A DNA stretch of 25,607 nucleotides from Armatimonadota bacterium (lineage in GTDB: Bacteria > Armatimonadota > UBA5829 > DTLH01): contig JBBRAE010000034.1 of the NCBI GenBank assembly GCA_038207085.1, forward strand, positions 1 through 25,607, written 5' to 3'. Below the pieces are notes generated by a model. That model worked only from the letters and a program-made list of their open reading frames with translations, did no database searches and had not been told where the DNA came from. Below, one piece after another: positions 1 to 8,603 of this stretch. The position numbers and the translations under genes are program-made. How positions within the stretch are numbered: the first letter of the stretch is position 1; each line of letters begins with the position of its first letter.

Positions 1-1
1 G

Positions 2-538
2 TCCCACCCGAAAAGAGCGGCTGCGCACATCCCATCCCACGTTTCTTGCAGTAAACACGTGTCCTTGGATGTCGCCGGGGCTGAAATGCCAGGCACTATA
101 GTGAAACTTCAGCCCGATCAGCCTTTCTTTTGCATCCCATAGATACGTGAAGTAGCCTTTGTCAATTACTGAGTTGAGAACTGTTCTGAAGCGCGGAGGA
201 TTCCCAACAATTTCAAATACGGAGATGAACTGAGCCGACCCGCCACACTTTGAGACTACTACGGCTTGGCTGTTTGTGGCATCTGGAAGTCTGACGATCC
301 TTTCGACACGAACTCCCCTGATCCGGGTGAGCACGTTCCACCCGTCTCCGATATTCTTTCTGATTACCAGGTCCTGCGGCCAGCACAGGTCAGAATTGGG
401 CTTGCTGTCGACAGCGGCAACATCATACGTATCTCGATTGCGCTCAAGACGCAGCACTTCGCCCGATGGATAGTCACAGACGGCAGACGAGCAGGCAATC
501 ACGAACAAAATCAGAGTTGTCAAGATACGGTGAAACAC
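2..538 (-). CDS. Hypothetical exported protein, 3'-truncated by window edge
   Basis: Not in the ORF track. Hand translation from GTG at 538 (GGAGG RBS just upstream) stays open to the window edge: MFHRILTTLILFVIACSSAVCDYPSGEV..., with a signal-peptide-like N-terminus. Confidence 0.75.
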   Translation of the reverse strand, partial: MFHRILTTLILFVIACSSAVCDYPSGEVLRLERNRDTYDVAAVDSKPNSDLCWPQDLVIRKNIGDGWNVLTRIRGVRVERIVRLPDATNSQAVVVSKCGGSAQFISVFEIVGNPPRFRTVLNSVIDKGYFTYLWDAKERLIGLKFHYSAWHFSPGDIQGHVFTARNVGWDVRSRSFRVG

Positions 539-564
539 GTGAACCCTCCATTATGTCCTACACC

Positions 565-593
565 AGTATAACGGATACAAAGAACGGATACAA
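565..593 (-). promoter_or_regulatory. Putative sigma70-type promoter of the exported-protein gene
   Basis: Minus strand TTGTAT (593-588), 17 bp spacer, TATACT (570-565). Confidence 0.5.
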
Positions 594-595
594 AG
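570..595. repeat. Perfect 13-bp tandem duplication AACGGATACAAAG x2
   Basis: 570-582 and 583-595 are identical. Confidence 0.9.
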
Positions 596-623
596 CGACG
601 GAGGTTTACAGATAGGGGTGGAG

Positions 624-652
624 TCAGCCGCCAACTGATAGCTGACGGCTGA
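624..652 (-). terminator. Stem-loop downstream of the isomerase gene, built from heptamer repeats
   Basis: Minus-strand RNA TCAGCCGTCAGCT-ATC-AGTTGGCGGCTGA forms a 13-bp stem with two G-U pairs, 8 nt after the stop codon. No clear U-tract. Confidence 0.45.
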
Positions 653-660
653 AAGCTCTC

Positions 661-2157
661 TTACACCTCGAACGGGTTTTCACCCGGATACCACATCGAC
701 TCAGGAAGCGGGACGTTGATGTTCGTTACGCCAAGGAGCTTGATCGCGTCGAATAGCACGTTTCCGCAGTGGTTGAACGCAACTGCGCCGTGGTGCGGGA
801 ACCGTTTGCCGATCAATATGTGGCGGTAGAAGCGGGCGAAGTTCGGGATCGCGAAGATTCCGAGGCCGCCGAAGCTCATCGGGTCGATGTCAAGAATCTG
901 ACCCTCAGCCACATAACTCACGAGTTCGCCTTCAGCGTTGCCCTGAAGCCTGAAGAAGGTCGTCGGGCCGGGCTGGAGCTGGCCTTCGAGCGTTCCGCGG
1001 GTAATGTCGGGCTCCTGTGTCGGGTCCTCCATCAGGCGGTTCATGATCAGCTGGAACTTCATCGAGCAGTTCTTCATGCAGCAACTAGGCGTGTTGCCGC
1101 AGTGGAATCCCATGAAAAGATCGACCACTTCGGCTCCGAAAAGCTCGGTCGATGCTTCGATCATATCGTTCGGGACTGTGTTATTGATATCGAGGATCGT
1201 CGCCGGGGTCTCGCTTGCAAGGTAGCACATATACTCGGAGAGCGCGCCGTAGATATCGACCTCGCATGCGACCGGGACGCCCCGGGCTGAGAGCCTGGAG
1301 TTGACGTAGCAGGGGACAAACCCAAACGCCTTCTCAAACGCAGGCCAGCACTTGTCGGCGAAGATCGCATACTTGCGGGAACCGAGGTTCTCTTCGGCGA
1401 AGCGAGTGAGCGCGAGCTCGAAGCGTGCAAGTTTCGGGAGCAGGTCGGGGTAGGTGTTCCCCGCCCCAAGCTCGTCGGCCATATCTTTTGCGATTGCGGC
1501 GATCTCGGGGTCGCTCTCGTTGACGGAGTTGTAGAGCACGAACAGGTCCAGCTCTGAGTTCTCCATCACCTCGACGCCGAGGTCGTAGAGCGGCTTGATC
1601 GGCGCGTTGCAGGCGAAGAAGTCCTGCGGGCGAGGCCCGAACGCGAAGATTTTCAGGTCCTTGACGCCTATGTAGATACGGGCGATAGTCTCAAATCGCT
1701 TGATCTTCTCAGCGAGCTCACCAGGGAGCCCCACAGGCATCTGCGGGATGTAGACGGGGACGTTTCGCAGACCCACGTTGTAGGACGCGTTCAGCATTCC
1801 GCAGTAGGCGTCGCCTCGGCCGTTGATGAGGTTCGTTTTGGTCTCTTCAGCTGCGGCGCAGATCATGACGGGGCCGTCGAACTTCTGAGCGAAGATCGTT
1901 GAAGGGCCTTCAGGTCCGAAGTTGCCGAGGTAGATCACCGCGGCGTTTGCCCCGGAGGCCTCGACCTCTTTAAGAGCTGCGAGCGTGTCTTTTTCGTTCT
2001 CGATGATGGTCTTGCAGGCATAGACCTCTACTCCTGCGCTTTTACAAGCATCGGCGACCATTCCAAGCCTTGTGCGGGTGAGCTCGATTGGGAAGCAGTC
2101 CCTGCTGACGCCAACGACGGCGAGTTTCACCTCGGGTGCATTGCCAAGTTTCGGCAT
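661..2157 (-). CDS. L-fucose/L-arabinose isomerase family protein
   Basis: 498 aa from ATG 2157 with GAGGAG RBS. Family motifs YLGNFGPE, RGDAYCG, KCWP, ACEVDIYGA, FHCGN and C-terminal PHHGA. Substrate cannot be assigned. Confidence 0.85.
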   Translation of the reverse strand: MPKLGNAPEVKLAVVGVSRDCFPIELTRTRLGMVADACKSAGVEVYACKTIIENEKDTLAALKEVEASGANAAVIYLGNFGPEGPSTIFAQKFDGPVMICAAAEETKTNLINGRGDAYCGMLNASYNVGLRNVPVYIPQMPVGLPGELAEKIKRFETIARIYIGVKDLKIFAFGPRPQDFFACNAPIKPLYDLGVEVMENSELDLFVLYNSVNESDPEIAAIAKDMADELGAGNTYPDLLPKLARFELALTRFAEENLGSRKYAIFADKCWPAFEKAFGFVPCYVNSRLSARGVPVACEVDIYGALSEYMCYLASETPATILDINNTVPNDMIEASTELFGAEVVDLFMGFHCGNTPSCCMKNCSMKFQLIMNRLMEDPTQEPDITRGTLEGQLQPGPTTFFRLQGNAEGELVSYVAEGQILDIDPMSFGGLGIFAIPNFARFYRHILIGKRFPHHGAVAFNHCGNVLFDAIKLLGVTNINVPLPESMWYPGENPFEV

Positions 2158-2307
2158 AAATAAACTCCTCTCGTGGATAACAAACAATCGTATTCGTTCT
2201 CGACGGCGCTATCTGCGCCGTCTCTTAGAGGCTGGCGCGTAGCGCCACCGGGGAGCGCGCACGCTCCAATTGTAATTATTCGCCACCGGGGTCAAAACAT
2301 CCTTTTC

Positions 2308-2336
2308 TTGACCCGACAATCCGAAATAGTTAAAAT
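2308..2336 (+). promoter_or_regulatory. Sigma70-type promoter of mntP
   Basis: TTGACC (2308-2313), 17 bp spacer, TAAAAT (2331-2336), about 30 bp before the start codon. Confidence 0.7.
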
Positions 2337-2365
2337 GTGAGGAGTTCTTTTGGGAGATTGTAAGC

Positions 2366-2926
2366 TTGGAAATCAGTATTGCTTTGGTGCTGCTTGCGCT
2401 TGCGCTTGGCAGCGACGCGTTCTCGGTGGCGGTGTGTGTGGGGCTTGCGGGTGCGACACCCAAACAAAAGCTTCGGCTTGCCTCCGGGTTTGGCGCTTTT
2501 CAGTTTTTGATGCCGATTGTGGGGCTTCTTGTAGGCCACATGTTCGGCAGAGTCGCGGGAGTGTATGCGTCCTACACCGGAGGGGGACTTCTGGTCGTGT
2601 TTGGCGCTGCGATGGTGTGGCGGTCGCTGTCGCACGGAATTACCTGTCCTGCGATGATTCACACCAGCGTCATCGCGCTTATTACAGCTTCTCTTGGTGT
2701 GAGTCTGGATGCTCTTGCAGTCGGTTTCGGTTACGGCTCGGGGATACAGGGGTCGCATATTCTGTTTGACAGCACGTTTATCGGCGCGGTCGCGTTTGTT
2801 ATGACGATCATCGGCGCGGAGCTTGGCGGGCAGATCGGCAAAGTGCTCCAGCAGCGCGCGCCTGTGGTCGGTGGGCTGATTCTTTTTGGTATCGGGGTCA
2901 GGATCATCATCCAGACTGCGACTTAG
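2366..2926 (+). CDS. mntP: Manganese efflux pump MntP family protein
   Basis: 186 aa hydrophobic protein with two repeats (LGSDAFSVAV / VSLDALAVG), FGAFQFLMP and a C-terminal GGLILFGIG. TTG start with GGGAG RBS. Confidence 0.9.
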   Translation: MEISIALVLLALALGSDAFSVAVCVGLAGATPKQKLRLASGFGAFQFLMPIVGLLVGHMFGRVAGVYASYTGGGLLVVFGAAMVWRSLSHGITCPAMIHTSVIALITASLGVSLDALAVGFGYGSGIQGSHILFDSTFIGAVAFVMTIIGAELGGQIGKVLQQRAPVVGGLILFGIGVRIIIQTAT

Positions 2927-2960
2927 AGTTTATGCTATCAGCCGCCTGTGTGAGCGGCGC

Positions 2961-3093
2961 ATGTTGGCTCGGATTTGCAATCCGGGTCCCAGAGGCAAGC
3001 ACGGGATCTGTGATCCCGATCTTTCGACCGTGCGCGGTCAACCGGCATCATAGATGCCTATCCGGCTACATCGTCCCGGATAACATATCCGGA
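2961..3093. repeat. Cluster of short REP-like palindromes
   Basis: CGGATT-TGC-AATCCG, GGGATC-TGT-GATCCC and CCGGATA-ACA-TATCCGG hairpins. The first shares its core with 20909-20933. Confidence 0.55.
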
Positions 3094-3374
3094 CGAACGT
3101 ACACCAACCTCCAACCTCCATCCCCCGTACCAATACCGGTTCTTCTTCCAAACCCCTGTTATGTGCTCTAAAGCGGGGCAGGGTGTGGATTATCTATTAC
3201 AGGATCGTTATTGTGACGGGCCTATCAGGACTTGACGACTCGGCATCGGATACCTCGAAGCAGGGGTGGATAATCTGCCCGCTTTCACATCCCAAGCCGC
3301 GCGTCCCGGAGATTGTGCCGGGGCCGGAGCCGCCAATGTCGCTTGTGAAATACAGCTCTAAGGAGGTTCTAGAC

Positions 3375-4499
3375 GTGCTGTCTCAGCTATTTGGTAAGGA
3401 CACTATCGTCGGCATTGATGTCGGGAGCAGCTGCATTAAGGCGGTTGAAATTGAGGCCGCGGGCTCAGGCTGGCGCCTTGTCAACGCAGCCCTGCAGCCT
3501 ACGCCTCCCGACTGTTGCCGCGACGGAACAATCACTGACACTGTGGAAGTGGCTCAGGCGCTAAAAGCACTCCTCAAGTCCGCGGGGATCCGTGCGTCCG
3601 GTGGGATTGCGGCTATTTCCGGCTCACAGGTAATCGTTCGACAGGTGCAGATGCCCAAGATGAGTGAAGTGCAGCTGCGCAAATCGATCAGGTTTGAAGC
3701 AAACCGCTACATCTCTTCATCTATGGAAGATAGCGTCGTCGAGTTCGAGATCATAGGCAACGTGCCCGATTCGGAAATGATGAACGTGATGCTCGTGGCC
3801 GCTCCAAGAGAACTTGTGCAGGGACGCGTTGCCGTGCTTGAAGCCGCGGGAATCGAGCCCATCTCTGTAGACGTCGAAGCGTTCTCGCTTATGAGATCAC
3901 TTGTTGAGTCCGGGAACTCCGAAGCCTACAAAGGCCGCACCGTGGCCCTTGTGGACATGGGAGCCTCCCACACCGACGTTAACATTATCTCAAATAGAGA
4001 GTTCGCGCTCACCAGAAGCATCCCTATCGCAGGGGACAGCTTCACCAACGCGATTCGCACCCTTACGGGCTCGACCGTCGAAGATGCCGAACGCGTCAAG
4101 TTTGAGATGACCGGCGAAGAGTCGATCGACAGACTTGCATCAGGCGAAGGCGACACCAGAAGCTGGAGAGTCGTTCAGCCGCTGCTTGATGAACTCCTGC
4201 GCGAGATTCGCAGGTCTATGCACTACTATCAGTCACAGTTCCCTGAAGGCCAGGAGGCGACTTCGGTGTCGAAGATCATCCTCTCTGGTGGAGCTGCGAG
4301 AATGCCGGGGATGGCGGCCTATATGGAATCCAGGCTGACTGTTCCCACCGAGATGGGCAACCCCTTCTCCGAAGGCTTGATCGGACCCGGACAGTTTACA
4401 CAGGACTTTATCAACGAATATGGCCCCGTGCTTGCTGTGTGCGCCGGACTTGCGCTGAAAGAAGAGATGACGCGGACCAAGCAGCCGGTCGCCGCGTGA
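3375..4499 (+). CDS. pilM: Type IV pilus assembly protein PilM
   Basis: Actin-like fold motifs VGIDVGSSCIKAVE, LVDMGASHT and ILSGGAA. Start reassigned to GTG 3375 after AAGGAGG. Confidence 0.92.
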   Translation: MLSQLFGKDTIVGIDVGSSCIKAVEIEAAGSGWRLVNAALQPTPPDCCRDGTITDTVEVAQALKALLKSAGIRASGGIAAISGSQVIVRQVQMPKMSEVQLRKSIRFEANRYISSSMEDSVVEFEIIGNVPDSEMMNVMLVAAPRELVQGRVAVLEAAGIEPISVDVEAFSLMRSLVESGNSEAYKGRTVALVDMGASHTDVNIISNREFALTRSIPIAGDSFTNAIRTLTGSTVEDAERVKFEMTGEESIDRLASGEGDTRSWRVVQPLLDELLREIRRSMHYYQSQFPEGQEATSVSKIILSGGAARMPGMAAYMESRLTVPTEMGNPFSEGLIGPGQFTQDFINEYGPVLAVCAGLALKEEMTRTKQPVAA

Positions 4500-4518
4500 T
4501 CGGAAAGGAGATCAAACG

Positions 4519-5118
4519 ATGCCATCTATTAATATGATCTCTCCCAGACGCGCGGAAAAACGCCGTCTGGAATCGAATCTGCGCAGACTGCTGGTTGCGA
4601 TCGTCGTAGAGGTTATGGTCGTTCTGGGTGTCTCGGGGATGATGGTCCTCAAGATATCCTCGACCAAGGCGGATATCTCCGGCCTGAATGCCGATATCGA
4701 CAAACTGCGGCCTACGCTGAGCAAAATCGAGTACTACAACAAAGAGATCAGTACGCTTAAGCCCAAGCTCGATACACTGAACTTGGCAAAGTCCGACACC
4801 CTCAGGTGGAGGCGGGTCCTTGACGACCTGAGCGCGAGCCTGCCGCAGAAGACGTGGCTCACAAGGCTTGCGGCCCAGGCGCCTTCCGATGCCACCAAAC
4901 CTGAGATACTCGTCAGCTTGAGCGGAGTCTCGGCAAGCCAGCAGCTTGTTGGCGAGACGATGCTTCGCATGCAGGACAAGGTTTCAGACTTTGACAAGCT
5001 TGACCTGAACTTCACTCAGAAGGCCAATGCAGGCAGCAGGGATGCTGTTGAGTTCCAGGTTGCGGCTATAGTCAAACTAGTCGCGGAGAAAGACAAAAAG
5101 GAGGTGGAGAAAAGTTGA
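4519..5118 (+). CDS. pilN: Type IV pilus assembly protein PilN
   Basis: N-terminal INMI motif (INLLP-like PilM-binding motif), one TM helix, coiled coil, LPQKTWLT. Directly follows pilM. Confidence 0.85.
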   Translation: MPSINMISPRRAEKRRLESNLRRLLVAIVVEVMVVLGVSGMMVLKISSTKADISGLNADIDKLRPTLSKIEYYNKEISTLKPKLDTLNLAKSDTLRWRRVLDDLSASLPQKTWLTRLAAQAPSDATKPEILVSLSGVSASQQLVGETMLRMQDKVSDFDKLDLNFTQKANAGSRDAVEFQVAAIVKLVAEKDKKEVEKS

Positions 5119-5858
5119 CACTTCCAGCGTTTAAGGCCAGCAAGCAGTCAATCATAGTGCTTGCTGTGGTGGCCAGTGTAATATTCCTACTCGGTGGCTT
5201 TGCATACTTCATGACATCAAAGCAGCTTGGCACTGTTGTCGCTGAACGAGACGACAAGCAGCGGCAGTGGAATGATGGTAAGAAGGTAGCAAGCCAGCTG
5301 AAGCAGGCTGAAGCCAAGTGTCTTCAGGCGCAAAGCGATATCAGTTATCTTGAGACTTCGGTTACAAGCCAGAAGTATATTCCGACTATGCTGAAGCAGA
5401 TTGAGGTTCTTGCCTCATCGCTTCATCTCAATGTGGTTTCGGTGCGACCGCAGGTGCTGCCGCCCGCGCCTCCTCCTACGATCAAACGGACGAGCGAGGA
5501 TCCGCAGGCAGCCCCACAACCGGGTGACGCCTCCGCGGCTCCCAAGGTGATCGCGTCCAAGCCTTATGACGAGATGCTTGTGAACGTAGAGGTCGAGGGT
5601 TCTTATTGGAATGCGCGCAATTTCATCAGCCGCCTTACCAAGTTCCCCAAGATTCTGGCGGTAAGTGCGATCACTATGTCGCCGTCGGATACGAGCACGT
5701 CGATGAGTTCGCCAAAGCTTCTCGTGACGTTGAGCTTGAAGGCCTTTGTCTTCCCTGTGGAAGACAGTAAAAAGGACCAACCCAAGCCTGAGGTGAAGCC
5801 CTTGGATCCGAAGACGGAGTCCGCGAGGGGCGAAGGGAGGTCCTGCAATGAAGGATAA
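5115..5858 (+). CDS. pilO: Type IV pilus assembly protein PilO
   Basis: TM helix, coiled coil, IPTMLKQIE and VEVEGSYWN...FISRLTKFPKIL. Overlaps the pilN stop by 4 bp. Confidence 0.82.
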   Translation: MTLPAFKASKQSIIVLAVVASVIFLLGGFAYFMTSKQLGTVVAERDDKQRQWNDGKKVASQLKQAEAKCLQAQSDISYLETSVTSQKYIPTMLKQIEVLASSLHLNVVSVRPQVLPPAPPPTIKRTSEDPQAAPQPGDASAAPKVIASKPYDEMLVNVEVEGSYWNARNFISRLTKFPKILAVSAITMSPSDTSTSMSSPKLLVTLSLKAFVFPVEDSKKDQPKPEVKPLDPKTESARGEGRSCNEG

Positions 5859-6501
5859 CAAGCAGGTGCAGCAGATGATCGCGCTCGGCGTCCTTGTTAC
5901 GCTCTGTGTCGGCGTCTTTGCCTTCCAGATGCTTCGTGGCAAGCATTCTGCGCCGCCTTCATCCAAGGTCGTAGTCGGCAAGCCTGACACGTCAAAATCG
6001 GTTGCGCCGCCCGTAGGGGCAGGTCCGGCCGAGGGCGTAGAGGCCGTCGCTGTTGCTGAGGTGAAAGACGATGGGCTGATGATGGCTCCGACCGGACACG
6101 ATCCGTTTGCTCCGGCGATGGACACATCGATTCGTATTGGATCGAGCACACCGTCTCCGTTCAAGATAGCAAGCTCGAGGACTGGCGGCAGAGTCCCGAA
6201 GATGGACTCGTTCTTTGAGTTCAAGGGCGACAACAACGCCGCAATCGAGCCGCTTCCTCCGGTCAACCCGAATGCATCGGGAGGCCAGGGGCAAATGAGT
6301 CAGCCGACTCCGCAGTTCGTGTTGACCGGTGTTATCACAGGGGACGTGAACGTAGCCATAATCAGGCTGAACGATGAAAGGCACATAGTCCGCATAGGAC
6401 AAACTATAGACGGCGAATATAGAGTCGTCAACATAACGGGAAACAGTGTAAAACTGGCTTGGGAAGGCCACAACGACATAGTCTTGGTGCTAGGAGGCTA
6501 A
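5848..6501 (+). CDS. PilP/GspC-like membrane-anchored pilus assembly protein
   Basis: N-terminal TM helix, HDPF motif, Pro-rich linker and a C-terminal beta domain (FVLTGVITG...AII...HIVRIGQTIDG). Sits between pilO and the secretin. Confidence 0.65.
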   Translation: MKDNKQVQQMIALGVLVTLCVGVFAFQMLRGKHSAPPSSKVVVGKPDTSKSVAPPVGAGPAEGVEAVAVAEVKDDGLMMAPTGHDPFAPAMDTSIRIGSSTPSPFKIASSRTGGRVPKMDSFFEFKGDNNAAIEPLPPVNPNASGGQGQMSQPTPQFVLTGVITGDVNVAIIRLNDERHIVRIGQTIDGEYRVVNITGNSVKLAWEGHNDIVLVLGG

Positions 6502-6504
6502 GGG

Positions 6505-8181
6505 ATGCGACGAACATTTAGCGGGGCGGGACCCGTAAGCGTGGTTAGCTGCGCAATTATCCTTTTAACAACAGTAACTGGCGCTCTTGGAGCGTCCGCG
6601 GGAGTAAAATCGGACGACGCCTACTGCAAGGCTGCTCCGGTCATCTCTGAGCCGAGCGCTGTAAGAGCGCCGATCGGAGCAGGCGCGGCCACATACAGGC
6701 CGACCGATTACACTCCGCGCAATATCTGCCTGGACTTTCACGCCGCGGACATCGCGGACGTCCTGAAGGCGCTTTCAGTGCAATCGACATCAAACATCGT
6801 GACGAGCCCCGACGTAAAGGGTCAGGTTACGGTGAGTCTGAACAAAGTGACCTTTGGCGAGGCAATGGACACGATCACCAAGCTCGCCGGGCTGAAATAT
6901 GCGATGACCGGTTCCGACACCTACGTTGTAGGCTCGGCTGCCGCTGTCGCAAACGTTCAGGGAATCGCCTCACAGGAGTCGATTACCGCAACCATTCCGC
7001 TTGCTTATGCGAGCGGCAAGGACGTTATGAATACCCTGCAGGTTCGGTTCCCCGAGCTCAAGTGTGGTGCTCCTGAGAAGGAAGCCACAGCGGGTCAGAC
7101 TTCGTTTATCCTGCTTTCGGGACCCAGGGACACAGTCCAGGCCGCGAAGGAAGTGGTGCTCAGCATCGAGGAGGCCCTCAAAGCCGACGCCAATCTCAGA
7201 GTCTCAGAGGTCGTGGATTTGAGGTTCGCCAACGCCGATCAGGTGATCAAGGCGATAGCGCTTTCGTTCCCGACGGTTTCTGCTGTAGTCGGCCCTACCA
7301 CCGGCTTTACCCAGAGACCTCCGCAGAACATCACGTTCACTTCTGCGGGCTTGTCTACGAGCGATGCCTGGTCCAAGCAGGATCCTACCCAGGATGCAAA
7401 GAGCATTGTTCTTTGTGGAGACCCAATCCAGATCGCGAAGGCCAAGGCTATCATTGCCCAGATGGACATTAGACCCAAACAGGTGCTGATCGAGGCCAAG
7501 GTCGCGGACATCACTATTGGAGACGAAAAGCGCCTTGGAATCTCCTGGAGCTGGACTAGTATCGGCTTCAGCGAGAGGACCAACGACAACGGCGGCGGCA
7601 ACGGCAGTTTCACTCGCCTGCCGTTTGACATCGAAGGCTCGCTTGACGCGATGTTTGCCAATAACGATGCGAAGCTCCTTGCAAATCCGACTATTGCGAC
7701 CCTTGATGGCAGGTCAGCTACGGTGTTTATCGGCGACGAGCTGAAGTACGTCGTTGGCATTAACGTCGCCCCGAACGGACAGAGCACGTTCCAGACGGAA
7801 ACCGCGATTATCGGTATCACCCTGCGTGTTATCGCGCGGCCCGATTCGGACGGGTATATCACCCTTGCCCTGCATCCCGAGGTCAGCGCGATCTCCGACT
7901 GGCTCAGCTTCACCACCGGCACCGGCGGCAACAACAATGAAGGCCAGGTGGCTTTGCCTCAGATCGCTCGCCGCTACACCGACCACATGGTTCGTGTGCG
8001 CGACGGTGAGACGATTGCGATCGGCGGCTTGATCAGGGATCAGGAGATCAACAACCTGAGCAAGATACCGTTCCTCGGGGACCTTCCGTTCCTCGGCAAC
8101 CTGTTCAAGCACAGGGAAAAGACAAAGACTCACTCCGACGTTGCGATCTTCATCAAGGCGTCTGTTATGAAAGACTCGTAG
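6505..8181 (+). CDS. pilQ: Outer-membrane secretin (PilQ/GspD family)
   Basis: Signal-like N-terminus, N0/N-domain repeats, QVLIEAKV, LLANPTIATLDG, VRDGETIAIGGLI and KIPFLGDLPFLGNLFK. Called pilQ from operon context. Confidence 0.88.
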   Translation: MRRTFSGAGPVSVVSCAIILLTTVTGALGASAGVKSDDAYCKAAPVISEPSAVRAPIGAGAATYRPTDYTPRNICLDFHAADIADVLKALSVQSTSNIVTSPDVKGQVTVSLNKVTFGEAMDTITKLAGLKYAMTGSDTYVVGSAAAVANVQGIASQESITATIPLAYASGKDVMNTLQVRFPELKCGAPEKEATAGQTSFILLSGPRDTVQAAKEVVLSIEEALKADANLRVSEVVDLRFANADQVIKAIALSFPTVSAVVGPTTGFTQRPPQNITFTSAGLSTSDAWSKQDPTQDAKSIVLCGDPIQIAKAKAIIAQMDIRPKQVLIEAKVADITIGDEKRLGISWSWTSIGFSERTNDNGGGNGSFTRLPFDIEGSLDAMFANNDAKLLANPTIATLDGRSATVFIGDELKYVVGINVAPNGQSTFQTETAIIGITLRVIARPDSDGYITLALHPEVSAISDWLSFTTGTGGNNNEGQVALPQIARRYTDHMVRVRDGETIAIGGLIRDQEINNLSKIPFLGDLPFLGNLFKHREKTKTHSDVAIFIKASVMKDS

Positions 8182-8191
8182 ATACTTGTTA

Positions 8192-8222
8192 TGCGGGCCG
8201 TAGGTTAGTCCTGCGGCTCGCA
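8192..8222 (+). terminator. Terminator-like hairpin after the secretin gene
   Basis: TGCGGGCCGTAGG-TTAGT-CCTGCGGCTCGCA, a 13-bp stem with G-U pairs and a weak U-tail. Confidence 0.55.
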
Positions 8223-8466
8223 GGTATTTCGGGGAGTCCCGGCATACGGTTGCGCGAAAGCTGGGAGTCGGGCTATCGACAGCGGGTGACGTTTTGGGGT
8301 GACGGTGGGTGATGGGATTACTACCATAGGGTGAACGAATATTTGCGCTCCCACGTGGGTTTCACCCCTGCAGCGTCAGGCACTGACGACGTGTGTCCGC
8401 AATGGCCCATTTTGCTTGTCACCCGTTTTCATCCAAAAAACTCGCTAAGTTTATCTCCATCCCCTG

Positions 8467-8493
8467 AAAAAGTGGGGGGTGAAAAGCCGATAA
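8467..8493 (+). promoter_or_regulatory. Candidate sigma28 (FliA/WhiG)-type promoter upstream of pilB
   Basis: Exact -10 GCCGATAA at 8486-8493, with AAAA 15 bp upstream where the consensus has TAAA. Confidence 0.4.
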
Positions 8494-8603
8494 AACTGTA
8501 GGGAGCGCAATGCGGCAGGGACGCGCAGCGTTTCCGAAGTTCAACTGACATTTCAAAGGCCGTGCGATGGGCTTATGCGCCAGATCGCGCGGGGTGTACC
8601 AGG

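Noticed and set aside
266..571. Plus-strand 101-aa ORF
   Set aside because: It is antisense to a longer minus-strand ORF that has an RBS, a promoter and a signal peptide.
2160..2365. yybP-ykoY manganese riboswitch upstream of mntP
   Set aside because: No recognisable conserved core, and the predicted promoter leaves too short a leader.
3184..3273. DnaA boxes / replication origin (TGTGGATTA, GGTGGATAA)
   Set aside because: Only two one-mismatch boxes, with no AT-rich unwinding element or origin-linked genes.
3183..3374. 64-aa N-terminal extension of PilM in the ORF track
   Set aside because: A strong AAGGAGG RBS precedes GTG 3375, and PilM homology starts just after it.
8182..8603. c-di-GMP-I/II riboswitch upstream of pilB (also sought upstream of pilM)
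   Set aside because: I could not find the conserved GEMM-type sequence pattern by eye. An Infernal scan would be decisive.
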